DNA of 61,954 nucleotides, filler included, from Chiloscyllium plagiosum (GCF_004010195.1; 5 parts of one record of this genome joined end to end with filler, not necessarily neighbours in it); one strand, 5' to 3'. Shown: positions 51,139 through 61,954, counted from the whole stretch's first letter. A program made the numbers and translations. The notes: generated from the sequence alone by a model not told the origin.

Positions 51139-51839
51139 TCCATTTGAATGGTGGCACAGGCTCAAGGGCTGAATTGTCCAGTCCACCTCCTGGTTCTTAT
51201 GTGGCTTGGTGTTGATCTTTGTTCAGTAGTATTGCTCAGAAATGTCTCATGACATTTTACTCTGTTAAAAGCACAGTGCAAGTGCAAACTGTTAAAGGGG
51301 ATATTCTTTAAGCTGAAGTTCAGCTTCTATAAAAGGAGAAGCCTCCATTTTTATCTGATAAACATCCTCATGATATTTGCAGCAGTAATTGGATTTGAGC
51401 ATAACATTAGTCATCTTTGCTTCCTCTGAGCAACTCTGACAGTGGTTGAATCCATCAATTTCCATCTTTATTACATGACAGCCCAGGATTTTAACCTTCG
51501 AGCAGGTCTTAGTTGATGGGCTGAAGGGCCATTTTCTGTGCTGTAGACCTCTAAGACACTATGACTATGGTGTTATCACACACATTGTTGTATTATTTAG
51601 AATACAGAGCAACCAGTGTCATGTGTACTTTAATTGCATTGCAGGCAATAGGCATTTACGTTACGAGGCTTCAGCAGTTGACTTGCTGCCTTCTAGCAAA
51701 AGGCATTTGCTTCCAATGACTGGGAGCTTTAATCAAAATAGATGTGATGTCATTCTATTGGGAGAAGTCAGGCCTGGCCAATCATTGCCTGGGGTTCTCG
51801 ACACAGTGTGGTCTCCTTTTTCAGTCTAACCGATCCAAG

Positions 51840-52226
51840 CTATTTTAAAGCCACATTATGCACAGCTGCACTTGACAATTAGCTGCAGGAGTCTCGTAGC
51901 TACATTTCTTCATTCAGTGTACTCAAGTGAAGCTAAGAATCCTGGAGCTATCGAATAGAATAGTCAACTTGTATCTTGAACATTGTGTGCATAAAGGGGA
52001 ACACTATTTTTAGCTGGGGAAGGAAAGAGCTTTGCTGATTTTTTTCTTTGGTTACTGTGTGTAGGTGTGTGTCTGTGTGTATGTAGGTTTGTGTGTGTGT
52101 TCTGAGGACCAGCTGCATTGATTTACTTCCTGACCCAGCACTGAATACTGCTTGTCCAGTGCAGCCTCTTACTCACCCAACACTTGGCATGAGTGACTGC
52201 CACTGCTGCTGTGCCCGTTACTGCTC
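51840..52226 (+). promoter_or_regulatory. Putative muscle/heart-type alternative promoter of the 3B exon
   Basis: Perfect MEF2 site CTATTTTTAG 52004-52013, CAGCTG E-boxes 51863-51868 and 52110-52115, ETS-type ACTTCCTG 52125-52132, just upstream of the 3B-like exon. Confidence 0.55.
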
Positions 52227-52230
52227 ATGA
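52189..52230 (+). other. 13-codon Cys-rich uORF (MSDCHCCCARYCS*) overlapping the 3B start codon (ATGA)
   Basis: ATG 52189, TGA 52228-52230 overlapping main ATG 52227-52229. Only functional if the TSS is upstream of 52189. Confidence 0.5.
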
Positions 52231-52320
52231 AGCGTTTTGGCAGCCTTAGAGGGAGTAAGAAACGAAAGGACCAGGAGGAAAAATCAGAGAGACGCCAGTC
52301 AGAACCACATGGCCTCTTAG
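52227..52320 (+). CDS. PRKAG2: Alternative first coding exon, gamma2-3B-like
   Basis: 94 nt = 31 codons + 1: MKRFGSLRGSKKRKDQEEKSERRQSEPHGLL, then TAG|GTAAGG donor (phase 1). Matches the recalled ~32-aa gamma2-3B N-terminus (MKRFGSL...ERRQSEPHGL). Same strand as, and downstream of, exon 1. Confidence 0.85.
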
Positions 52321-53854
52321 GTAAGGAAGTGATGGTTATGGGTCGTATTTAGGAGCTTGTATCATTTCAAGATAACTCATGTTTTGCGTCTGTAATTCTA
52401 CCAATTTACTGACTGACGAAGTTTGGTCTGCCCCTGCTCCCCACCAGACCCAACCTTTTGATATCATAAGAATGTTAATGTAATACATTATCTAGCTGAA
52501 CTGGTTGTTTATTTCATTAATGTTTATGGGAGCTTGCTGTGCAGTTGGTGGCTGTGTTTCATGCATTGCAACAGTGATTGCAAGTCAAGAAGCACCTTAT
52601 TAATTTGAGTCTAAAAGGCTCTAGAAGTGCTCATGTGTGCCAAATTGGTATTTTTAATAAAATAAATGCTTTCATGGTAAGCAATTTGACACAGATTGGT
52701 GAATGGCATTGGAGAATGAAACAAACTGAATCATGGGCTTTCTTTGTGACAGAGAAACCTTGACACACTCCCCACCCCACACCCCCTCGAATCGATACAT
52801 TGTTTTTTGTGGCCAGATGAGACATTAACTGCAGGAACCAAGTAAAATCAGAGGGTGTTGAGCTTCCTTGTTCTTGAGTGTTCCCAGGGATCAGTCAACT
52901 GGTCACTTTGGGGTAGGATACAGTGGTACAGTGAGCAAGGAGCAAGTTACCTACCTGTTGTTTCCATTGTTCAACATTTTAGTGAGTGGGGAAGAGATGA
53001 AAGGGCGTACTCCTGAATACTCTAGCAATAACTACAAATCTGACTTTCTTATTAAGTAAAGTAATTATTATGCTCCATTTCTTCAAGGGCAAGTCAAAAT
53101 ACAATAAGAAATTACAGCTAGTGTGTTTAACAGGTCTAGAGTGCAAATCTTTAAAAAAATTCACACTTCTGCAGCCGCATTCTTACTTTCTAAACAGCCC
53201 GAAGCACTTCACAGTCAGTTATGTCGTTTTTGAAGTATCATGATGTGTGATAGAGAAAGTGCAACAGCCAATTCTGAGCACAGCAAGCTCTTGTAAACAG
53301 CAATGTGATAATGACATTTCATCTGTTCAAATAATGTTGGATGAAGGATAAGTATCTGCCACTATGCCGGGCAGAGCTCTCCTGCTCCTCATTAGAATAG
53401 TGGCACAAGATCTTTTATATTCATTCTTATGTTTTGTTCATAAGAAAAGTAGTTATGCGGTTTCCCCTTTCAATCAGCCTCTTTATTCACCCCTTTTTCT
53501 GCTTGTCATTTCAATGAATTTTTAACTGTTTAAGTGCTGTGACTGTAAAAGACACACAGAGACAGGTTTTATTTTATTTATAGAAACAAAGGATATAGTG
53601 TTTATTGTCTTAATTCCAATAGATTTAAAGTGTTTCAATTCACATTGCACGCACCCAAGAGTCTTACAAGTAAGTTACACACATATCCCTAGATTTTGAT
53701 CTCTCTACTATTGACAGCATGTCTTCAGCTGCCTAGGCCATAAGCTTTGGAATTCCCTCTCTGAAGTGAAACATGCAGGTTCAACAAACAGGGAAGCAAA
53801 TCATTTGTTAGTTACATTACAAAAGTATAATATTCGAGAAATCTGATCACAATT

Positions 53855-54152
53855 ATAGAATCCCTACAGTGTGGAAACAGGCCATTTGGCCCAACATGTC
53901 CACACCAACCCTTCAAAGAGTTAACCACCCTGACCTGTTCTCCTAACCAATACTCTACATTTCCCCTGACTAATGCACCTAACCTACATATCCTTGAACA
54001 CTATGGGTAATTTAGCATGGCCAACTCACCTATTTGCACATCCTGACGAAACCCACACAGACAGAATGTGCAAACTCCACACAGTTACCCAAGGCTGGAA
54101 TCGAACCCAGGTCCCGTGAGGCAGCAGTGCTAATCACTGAGCCACTGTGCTG
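53855..54152 (-). mobile_element. HE1-type V-SINE with internal deletion
   Basis: Tail, partial V-domain, head. Confidence 0.85.
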
Positions 54153-55340
54153 CTGTTATAAAGGTCATTAGTATGGGCACACATGTTGTGTGCCTCCTTA
54201 ACATTGAGACATGGAGGGAAGGTTAAACTATTTCAGAGTATCCACATGAAAGCAAATCATATACAGATCTTGCAGGTTGATGCGTTTGATGGTTATGGGC
54301 GTTGATTGGTGACTTTTCCAGGTTTATGCGCAGAGACAATTTAAATTCATGGGGTCTTTGCCTCTGAGGTTAGCAGCTGTTTGGTTTGTATTGAGGATGC
54401 TGTTGGCAGTTTATAGCTGGTCACATATATGCAAGGTCACGGAACAGTTGGAGAGGAAGAGAGAGCATGAATTCTCTTTTTGTCACTGCCCCTTGCCGAC
54501 TCATTATGGGAAATAATTCCTAATTAACAGAAAGGGTTAGCATTCTCCCACACGGCCTATTTTCACAATCTAGACACTTACTAAAAATGGTCACAACAAG
54601 CTAGGACACACTCATTCCAAGTGTTTGTGTTAATTGCTTCTTGTAGTGAGTTGTCTGAAAAATTTAAAATGGAGATTCTCTTGACACGTAGACATAGGGA
54701 GGATGTTTCCTCATGTGGGGTAATCTAGAATGAGAATTCTTCATTTTAGGATAAAGATCTAAGAAGAAACCACTTCTCTCAGAGAGTCATGAACCTATGG
54801 AATTCACTGCCTCAGAGTGCAGGGATGCTGGGACATTGAGTAAATTTAAAGAAAAAATACAGACGTTTAATTATTATTGGGTTGATGGGTTATAGGGAAT
54901 CAGCAGGAGAGTGGTATTGAGGCCAAGCTGAGATCAGCCATGATCATATTAAATAGCAGAGCAGGCTCGAGGGACTGCGTTGCCTAGTTCTTGTTCTTTT
55001 ATTCTCGGAAAGGGCCATTGTTCAAAGCGATGAGGTTAACTAATTGATCAGTGCCCAGTTCACACGATTGGCCATTCACACTCGTTGCAGCTGATTGTTT
55101 TTGTGGTCAAGCTCGAGATAGAATATTTCCTTTCATAGAATCAGAGAATCATGCAGTGCTTTCTGACAGTCTTCTAATTTGCAAACTGGAGTTGTGTAAA
55201 AACTTATTCTGTGGTTGTCCAATCAATAAATTAAGTCTTTCTTGATTGAAGCATGGTTTTAAGACACTATGGAGTCTCTGTTTCACATCTCATTTGAAAG
55301 ATGGTTTTGCTGAAATTAAAACTAGCTACTAATTTCAGCT

Positions 55341-55934
55341 CCGTACATTCACTGAACTTTAACCTAGGTCCCTACATTCACTGAACTAAACCCAGCTCCC
55401 TACATTCACTGAACTAAACCCAGCTTCTTACATTCACTGAACTAAACCCAGTTCCCGACATTCACTGAACTAAACCCAGTTCCCGACATTCACTGAACTA
55501 AACCCAGTTCCCGACTTTCACTGAACTAAACCCAGTTCCCTACATTCACTGAACTAAACTCAGTTCCCTACATTCACTGAACTAAACTCAGTTCCCTACA
55601 TTCACTGAACTAAACCCAGCTTCTTACATTCACTGAACTAAACTCAGTTCCCTACATTCACTGAACTAAACTCAGTTCCCTACATTCACTGAACTTTAAC
55701 CTAGGTCCCTACATTCACTGAACTAAACTCAGTTCCCTACATTCACTGAACTAAACTCAGTTGCCTACATTCACTGAACTAAACTCAGTTGCCTACATTC
55801 ACTGAACTAAACCCAGCTCCCTACATTCACTGAACTAAACTCAGTTCCCTCCATTCACTGAACTAAACTCAGTTGCCTACATTCACTGAACTAAACCCAG
55901 TTCCCTACATTCACTGAACTAAACCCAGTTCCCT
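55341..55934. repeat. 28-bp minisatellite, ~21 copies, truncated by gap
   Basis: Unit ACATTCACTGAACTAAAC(C/T)CAG(T/C)TCCCT, head-to-tail with no spacers; two 29-bp variant units. Confidence 0.97.
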
Positions 55935-56034
55935 NNNNNNNNNNNNNNNNNNNNNNNNNNNNNNNNNNNNNNNNNNNNTTAATTAATTAANNNNNNNNNN
56001 NNNNNNNNNNNNNNNNNNNNNNNNNNNNNNNNNN

Positions 56035-57620
56035 GCCTATAGTAAACACCCAACAATGTGACTGCTCCTTTCCTATTTCTGACTTCAGCCCATACTACCT
56101 CCAGAGGCAGATCCCCCTCAAACTTCCTTTCTGCAGCCGTTATACCATTTCTAATTAGCAATGCCACCCCCCTCCTTTTTTACCACCCTCCCTAATCTTA
56201 CTGCAACATCTGTAACCAGGAACCTCCAACAACCATTCCTGTCCCTCTTCTATCCACGTTTCCGTGATGGCCACAACATCGTAGTCCCAGGTACCAATCC
56301 ACGCCTTAAGTTCACCCACCTTATTTCTGACACTCCTTGCATTGAAGTATACACACTTGAACCCATCTCTGTGTCCGCAAGTATTCCCTGTCAGTGCTAC
56401 CTTCTCCACAGCCTCCCTACATTCTTGGACATCCTGAAAAACAGCTAATCTACTTGCTGGACTACAAGTCCGGATCCCATCCCCCTGCCAAATTAGTTTA
56501 GACTTCCCTGAAGAGTGCTAGCAAACCTACCTCGCAGGGTATTGGTGCCCTTCTGGTTCAGGTGCAACCCGTCCTGCTTGTACAGGTCCATCTTCCCCAG
56601 AATGCAGTCCAATTGTCCAAATACCTGAAGCCCTCCCTCCTACACCATCCTTGCAGCCACGTGTTCAACTGCACTCTCTCCCTATTCCTTGCCTCACTGT
56701 CACGTGGCACCGGCAACAACCCAGAGATGATGACTCTGTCCGTCCTAGCTTTTAGCTTCCAGCCTAACTCCCTGAGCTCCTGAATGACCTCCGACCCCTC
56801 TTCCTACCTATGTCGTTGGTGCCAATGTGCACCACGACTTCTGGCTGCACACCATCCCCCTTAAGGATTCTGAAGACACGTCCTTGACGTCTCGGACCCT
56901 GGCACCTGGGAGGCAACAAACCAACCGAGAGTCTCGCCCATGTCCACAGAACCGCCTGTCTGTCCCTCTGACTATAGAGTCTCCTATAACTAGCGCTCTC
57001 CTCCTCTCCCCCTTTCCCTTCTGAGCCTCAGAGCCGGACCTTGTGCCAGAGACCCGGTCACTGTAGCTTATCCCTGCTAGGCCGTCCCCCCCAACAGTAT
57101 CCAAAGCGGTATACTTATTGTTGAGGGGAACGACCACAGGGGATCCCTGCACTGCCTGTTTTCACCCTTTCCTATCTCTGACTGTTACCCAGCTACCTCT
57201 GTTCTCTGGCATAACTATGTCCCTGCAGCTTCTATCTATCACCCTCTCAGCCTCTCGAATAACTCTCAGTTCATCCAACTCCAGCTCCAGTTCCCTAACG
57301 CGGTCTGTGAGGAGCTGGAGCTGGCTGCACTTCCTGCAGATGAAGTCGGCAGGAGCATCGGTGGTCACCCCTACCTCAAACATCCTGCAGGAGGTACATT
57401 CCACTGCCTGCGCTGCTATAACTCTACACTTAGTCTCCAAAACAAGAACACTAAGTAGCTTACCTTTTTTTTAGGCTAGAGGAGGGAGGAAGGGTGGGAG
57501 ACACTACACGTGTAGTGTCTCGGGTTCCTTCTCCACTCAAATAACAATCACTTACCTTCCCGACCGGCTTTGTGCTCCGACTTCACTTCCGCCCAGCTCC
57601 CGCCGCTCTCTGCTGCAAAA
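56035..57620 (-). mobile_element. Young CR1 LINE 5' half: 5'UTR, ORF1 (Zn-finger, leucine zipper, SGNH esterase), start of ORF2 APE
   Basis: ORFs 57162-57440 (CTSC..CRKC, LTDRVRELELELDEL), 56808-57152 (VIGDSIVRG), 56155-56409 (YFNARS..DVVAITETW). Confidence 0.95.
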
Positions 57621-58009
57621 AAAAAGCAAAATTAATTTTGTTTCCAGTAATATGGAAGCAAAATCTGAAATCTTACCTGTGTCATTATGTTTATTAAACT
57701 TGCTAATGAGCATGTTACTATTTAGTCAGTCCATATGTCTTTTCACTGGGGAGAGGCTTCAGTGTAATCAGAACACTTGACTTTGTCAACAACTATGATA
57801 AAGGAGCTACATGAAGAGAACTTGATACAATAAAGCATTGTGTGCTTTGCTTGAATTGGTGTCTGTGGCATTTGCTTGACACATATTTAGTAGTTTTCTA
57901 AGAGACTTTTTACACTTAGCATTTGCTGCTTCCCTTCTTTCTATAGCTTAATATACAATCTTCTCCTAAAGATCATCTTTGCCTACATATTATCTCTGAA
58001 CTCAAGGAT

Positions 58010-58146
58010 TGTCTCAAGATTTGTAGCTCGGGTGCCGGTTGCAGTTGTTGTGGGCATGTTCGCGTAACTGGGAAGTTGGTTTGCAGACGTTTCGTCCCCT
58101 TTATGGGTGACATCCTCAGTGCTGTGGAGCTTCTTCTGAAGCACTG
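58010..58146 (-). mobile_element. Penelope-like pLTR (fourth family) with intact hammerhead core
   Basis: Minus 58083-58122: GCA-CUGAGGA-U-GUCACCC-AUAAA-GGGGAC-GAAA-CG-UC/UGC. Confidence 0.7.
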
Positions 58147-58229
58147 CTATCCTGTGTTGATTGGAATTTATTTGATTTTGTTCCCACTGCTTCAGGTTAC
58201 CGGTTCTGTTTGTCCGTTGCAGTGGTCAG

Positions 58230-58650
58230 TACATACAAACTGGAGGAGGAACACTCCATCTTACGCCTTGGGAACCTACAACCACACGACCTCAACAGTG
58301 AATGCACCAGTTTCCAAATTTCCCCTCTCCCCATCCCATCGCATCCCATCCCAATTCTAACCCTCTGACTGGGCTCTGCCCTCTTGACCTGACCTACCTG
58401 TCCATCTTCCTTCCCACCTAACTGCTGCACACTTCCCACCGACTATCACAAAGCCTCTCACCTTCATCCACCTATCACCATCCCAACTACCTTTCTCCTA
58501 GCCCTACCCCTCTCCCCCTATTTATTTCTCAGCCCTCTTCTTTCCCCTCTCCAGTCCTGATGAAAGGTCAAGCCTGAAACATCGACTCCCCTATTCTTCA
58601 GATGTTGTCTGACCTGATGTGCTCTTTCCAGTGCCACACTTTACTGACTT
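58230..58650 (+). mobile_element. Penelope-like 3' end (GIY-YIG C-terminus + pLTR)
   Basis: YKLEEEHSILRLGNLQPHDLN; AGTC-CTGATGA-A-AGGT-CAA-GCCT-GAAACATC-GACT at 58553-58587. Confidence 0.8.
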
Positions 58651-59066
58651 TAAGTTTAATAGTTTCTCAATAAAACATGAGAGGATTAAAACCTGCTGTT
58701 TTAAACTGAACGCCAGACTTAGAATCCCCCTCCCAAGAACATGATGCCTCCATCCAGTATTCTCCTACCTCTAATTAGACAGACCCTGACAAGCTAGCCC
58801 ACCACACCTTTGAACATACTCTGAAGACTCATCACTTAACTGATACCCTACATCTCCATCTGTCCAAGGCACCTGTACCCCCCACTTAGCTGGCACCCTA
58901 CCCTCCTATTTCCCTTATCCACATGCCATCCTCACTCTCCACCCTTCCAACAACCTAACCTTGTCTACTCCTGTCACCTGTCATCCTACCCTTGACCACC
59001 TTACACCACATCGTCCATCTGGAAACCTAATGCCTCACCCACCTGTCACGCTACTCCCCCCGCAAT

Positions 59067-60100
59067 AGAATCACAGAATTTACACGAAACAGGGGGAGAC
59101 TATTTGGCTTATCGTGCACACCAATTCCATTACCGAGTGCCAATCTCTTGCTTTTTCCCCATATGCCTGCTCGCTATTTCTATTCAAATGATGATCCAGT
59201 GCTCTCTAGAATGCCTCAATTGAACATGCCTCCATCACATTTCCACGTGGTGGACTGCATACTCCAACTAATTGCTATTACAGAGTTTTTCTTACATCAC
59301 CTTTGCTTCATTTGCACCTCACTTTAAATCTATGACCTCTCATTATTGGTTCTTTCATGAGCAGGAACAGCTTCTCCTTATCCACTCTGTCCAATGGCTA
59401 ATAATTTTGAAAACTTCTGTCAAATCTCCTCTTCTTTAGTCCAAGGTGAACAGTTCAAGCTTCTTCAGTCAATTCTTATAACTGTTCCCATTTGTGGAAC
59501 ATTTCTTGCAAATCACTTGTGCACTCTCTCCATCGCTGTCCACAACTGAAACAGTACTTCAGCTGAGGTCTAACAAGTGTTTTCTACAAGTTCAGCATCA
59601 CCTACTTGCTGTTATGCTATGTGTACCAATTATTAAAGTGGGCAAAACTGTTCGCTTTATTAATTGTTCTCCCCACTTTAATACTAAACAAAAAATAAAC
59701 TACTATGGATGCTGGAAGTCTGAAACACAAACAGAAATTGCTGGAGAAACTCAGCAGGTCTGGTAGCATCTGTGGAGAGAAAGCAGAGTCAACATTTCAA
59801 ATCCAGTGACCCTTCTTCAGAACTCAGTTTCTACCGGAGTTTCCCCAGCAATTTCTGTTTTTATGCTGCTTTAATGAAATGACACATACACACCCAGCTC
59901 CTCTGTTCCTGCACCCCTTTTAGAATTGTACATCCCTATTTTCTGTTGCCTTTCAATGTTCTCCGGACCAAGGTGCATCAATTTCTTGCATTGAAACTGT
60001 TCTACCACCTATCTGCTATTCTACTAACCTGTCAGTGTCTTTTGGAATTCCACACTGTTCTCCACACAGTTCACAATTAGTCTAAGTTTAGTGTCAGGTC
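59067..60100 (-). mobile_element. Old CR1-type LINE 3' region with nested Penelope pLTR (59690-59860)
   Basis: Tail similar to 35900-36070; pLTR reverse motif CTGAAGAAGGGTCACTGGA..GAAATGTT. Confidence 0.7.
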
Positions 60101-60657
60101 TCCTACTGGTCACCCAACGTCCACGTGTGTCTTCATTCTGTAGCTTTCAAAGTAGCGACAGGACTTTTAAATCATGGAATGGTGCACATCCTGCTGAAAA
60201 AGTAGGTGTGGTTTCCATGATCTTGTTTTTGTGGATCCTAGATTTGTTTATGATGCATTAGCTGAGCTGAAATTTGTGGGGAGAACTACTGCAAAGGAAA
60301 AACTAGATCATTAAATTAGTTTGTAAATAGTTGGGGTCCAAATGCTGAACCAAACAGTCTGCCGTTCAATGTTCAGTGCTCTAGCCTCAACTTCTTACCA
60401 TTAAATTTGCTGTTGACACAGATTAGTAGAAAGGTAAGTTGTGAAAAAGGAGTAAGGTTGCCACAGAGGAATTAAGATGCGTTAAGTGAGTAGACGAACA
60501 TCAGGCAAACGGAATATAATGCAGGAAAAAGTGAAATTTTAGAAGGAATAATGAAAAAAATGTATATTTTCTAAATGGTGAGGGATTACAGAGCTTTGAG
60601 ATAGAGAAAGGTCTGAGTGTCCCCTTGCATGAATCGCAAAAGGCTATTATGCAGTTA

Positions 60658-61954
60658 AAAACCCCGTTAGGGAACTGGAGCTGGAGCTGGATGAACTTCG
60701 GATCATTCGGGAGGCAGAGGGAGTTATTGAGAGGAGTTGCAGGGAGGTAGTCACTCCTAAGGTACAAGAAAAAGGCAAATGGGTTACAGTCATGGGACAG
60801 AAAGGAAACCGGCTGGCAGTGCAGGGATCCCCTGTGGCCATTCCCCTCAACAATAAGTATACCGTTTTGGATACTGTTGGGGGGATGACTTACCAGGGGT
60901 AAGCAGTGGGGTACAGGGCTCTGGCACAGAGTCTGTCCCTGCTGCTCAGAAGGGAAAGTGGAAGAGGAGCACAGCAGTAGTTATTGGGGACTCCATAGTT
61001 AGGGGGACAGATAGGAGGTTCTGTGGAGACGAGAGAGACTCACGGTTGGTGTGTTGCCTCCCAGGTGCCAGGGTTCGTGATGTCTCTGAGCGTGTTTTTG
61101 GAATCCTTAAGGGGGAGGGGAGCAGCCCCAAGCTGTGGTCCACATAGGCACCAACGACATAGGTAGGAAGAGTGATGGGGATTTAAGGCAGAAATTCAGG
61201 GAGCTAGGATGGAAGCTTAAGAGCTAGGACGAACAGAGTTGTTGCCTGTGCCACATGCTAGTGAGGAAAGGAATGGGGAGAGAGAGGAGTTGAACACAAG
61301 GCTACAGGGATGGTGCAGGAGGGAGGGTTTTGGATTCTTGGATAATGGGGCTCTTTCTGGGGTAGGTGGAACCTCTACAAGTCGGATGGTCTTCATCTGA
61401 ACCAGAGGGGTACCAATATCCTGGGGGGGAAATTCACTAAGGCTATTGGGGTGGGTTTAAAATAGTCCAGCAGGGGGATGGGAACCAAAATTGTAGTTCA
61501 AGTATAGAAAAGGTTGAGAGTAGGAGGTCCAAAATCAAGTTTCAGGGACGCAAGATGGCACCGGCAAACAATAAGTTGGTTTGAAGTGTGTCTACTTCAA
61601 TGACTGGAGCATCCGGAATAAGGTGGGTGAACTAGCAGCATGGGTTGGTACCTGGGATTTTGATGTTGTGGCCATTTCGGAGACATGGTTAGAGCAGGGA
61701 CAGGAATGGTTGTTGCAGGTTCCAGGATTTAGATGTTTCAGTAAGAACAGAGAAGATGGTAAAAGAGGGGGAGGTGTGGCATTGTTGATCAAGGACAGTA
61801 TTACGGTTGCAGAAAGGATGTTTGGGGACTCGTCAACTGAGGTAGTATGGGCTGAGGTTAGAAACAGGAAAGGAGAGGTCACCCTGTTGGGAGTTTTCTA
61901 TGGGCCTCCGAATAATTCCAGAGATGTAGAGGAAAGGATAGCAAAGATGATTCT
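60658..61954 (+). mobile_element. CR1 LINE (ORF1 leucine zipper/esterase + ORF2 APE), runs off window
   Basis: VRELELELDELRIIREAE, VIGDSIVRG, LKCVYFN..DVVAISETW; several frameshifts; related to 56035-57620. Confidence 0.92.

Noticed and set aside
55341..55934. CRISPR array
   Set aside because: Units are contiguous with no unique spacers, there are no cas genes, and the context is eukaryotic.
57470..57540. HDV-like ribozyme at CR1 5' end
   Set aside because: I could not build the nested double pseudoknot on either strand; only a hairpin is supported.

Overview
Repeat-rich vertebrate genomic DNA, most likely from a shark or other elasmobranch (abundant HE1-type V-SINEs, CR1/HER1 LINEs, Penelope-like elements). 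The window holds the 5' part of an AMPK gamma-subunit gene of the PRKAG2 type on the + strand. Coding exon 1 (2765-2848, MGSTTVDSSKRKSGMKRNKRRMLRLNIP, phase 0) sits in a CpG-rich region. An alternative first exon (52227-52320, MKRFGSLRGSKKRKDQEEKSERRQSEPHGLL, phase 1) closely resembles the mammalian gamma2-3B exon as I recall it. It is preceded by a perfect MEF2 site and by a Cys-rich uORF whose stop overlaps the start codon. Neither exon is a separate entry in the ORF track. I could not find the expected exons 2 and 3. The intron contains an internally deleted RPS3A retrocopy, many CR1, Rex1/Babar, SINE and solo-LTR insertions, a ~500-bp inverted repeat and a 28-bp minisatellite. It also holds about ten Penelope pseudo-LTR fragments from several families carrying minimal type I hammerhead ribozyme motifs. 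Four 100-bp N44-TTAATTAATTAA-N44 linkers and one 493-N gap are assembly artefacts. Family names come from recalled sequence and motif similarity, not database searches. Repeat boundaries are approximate.
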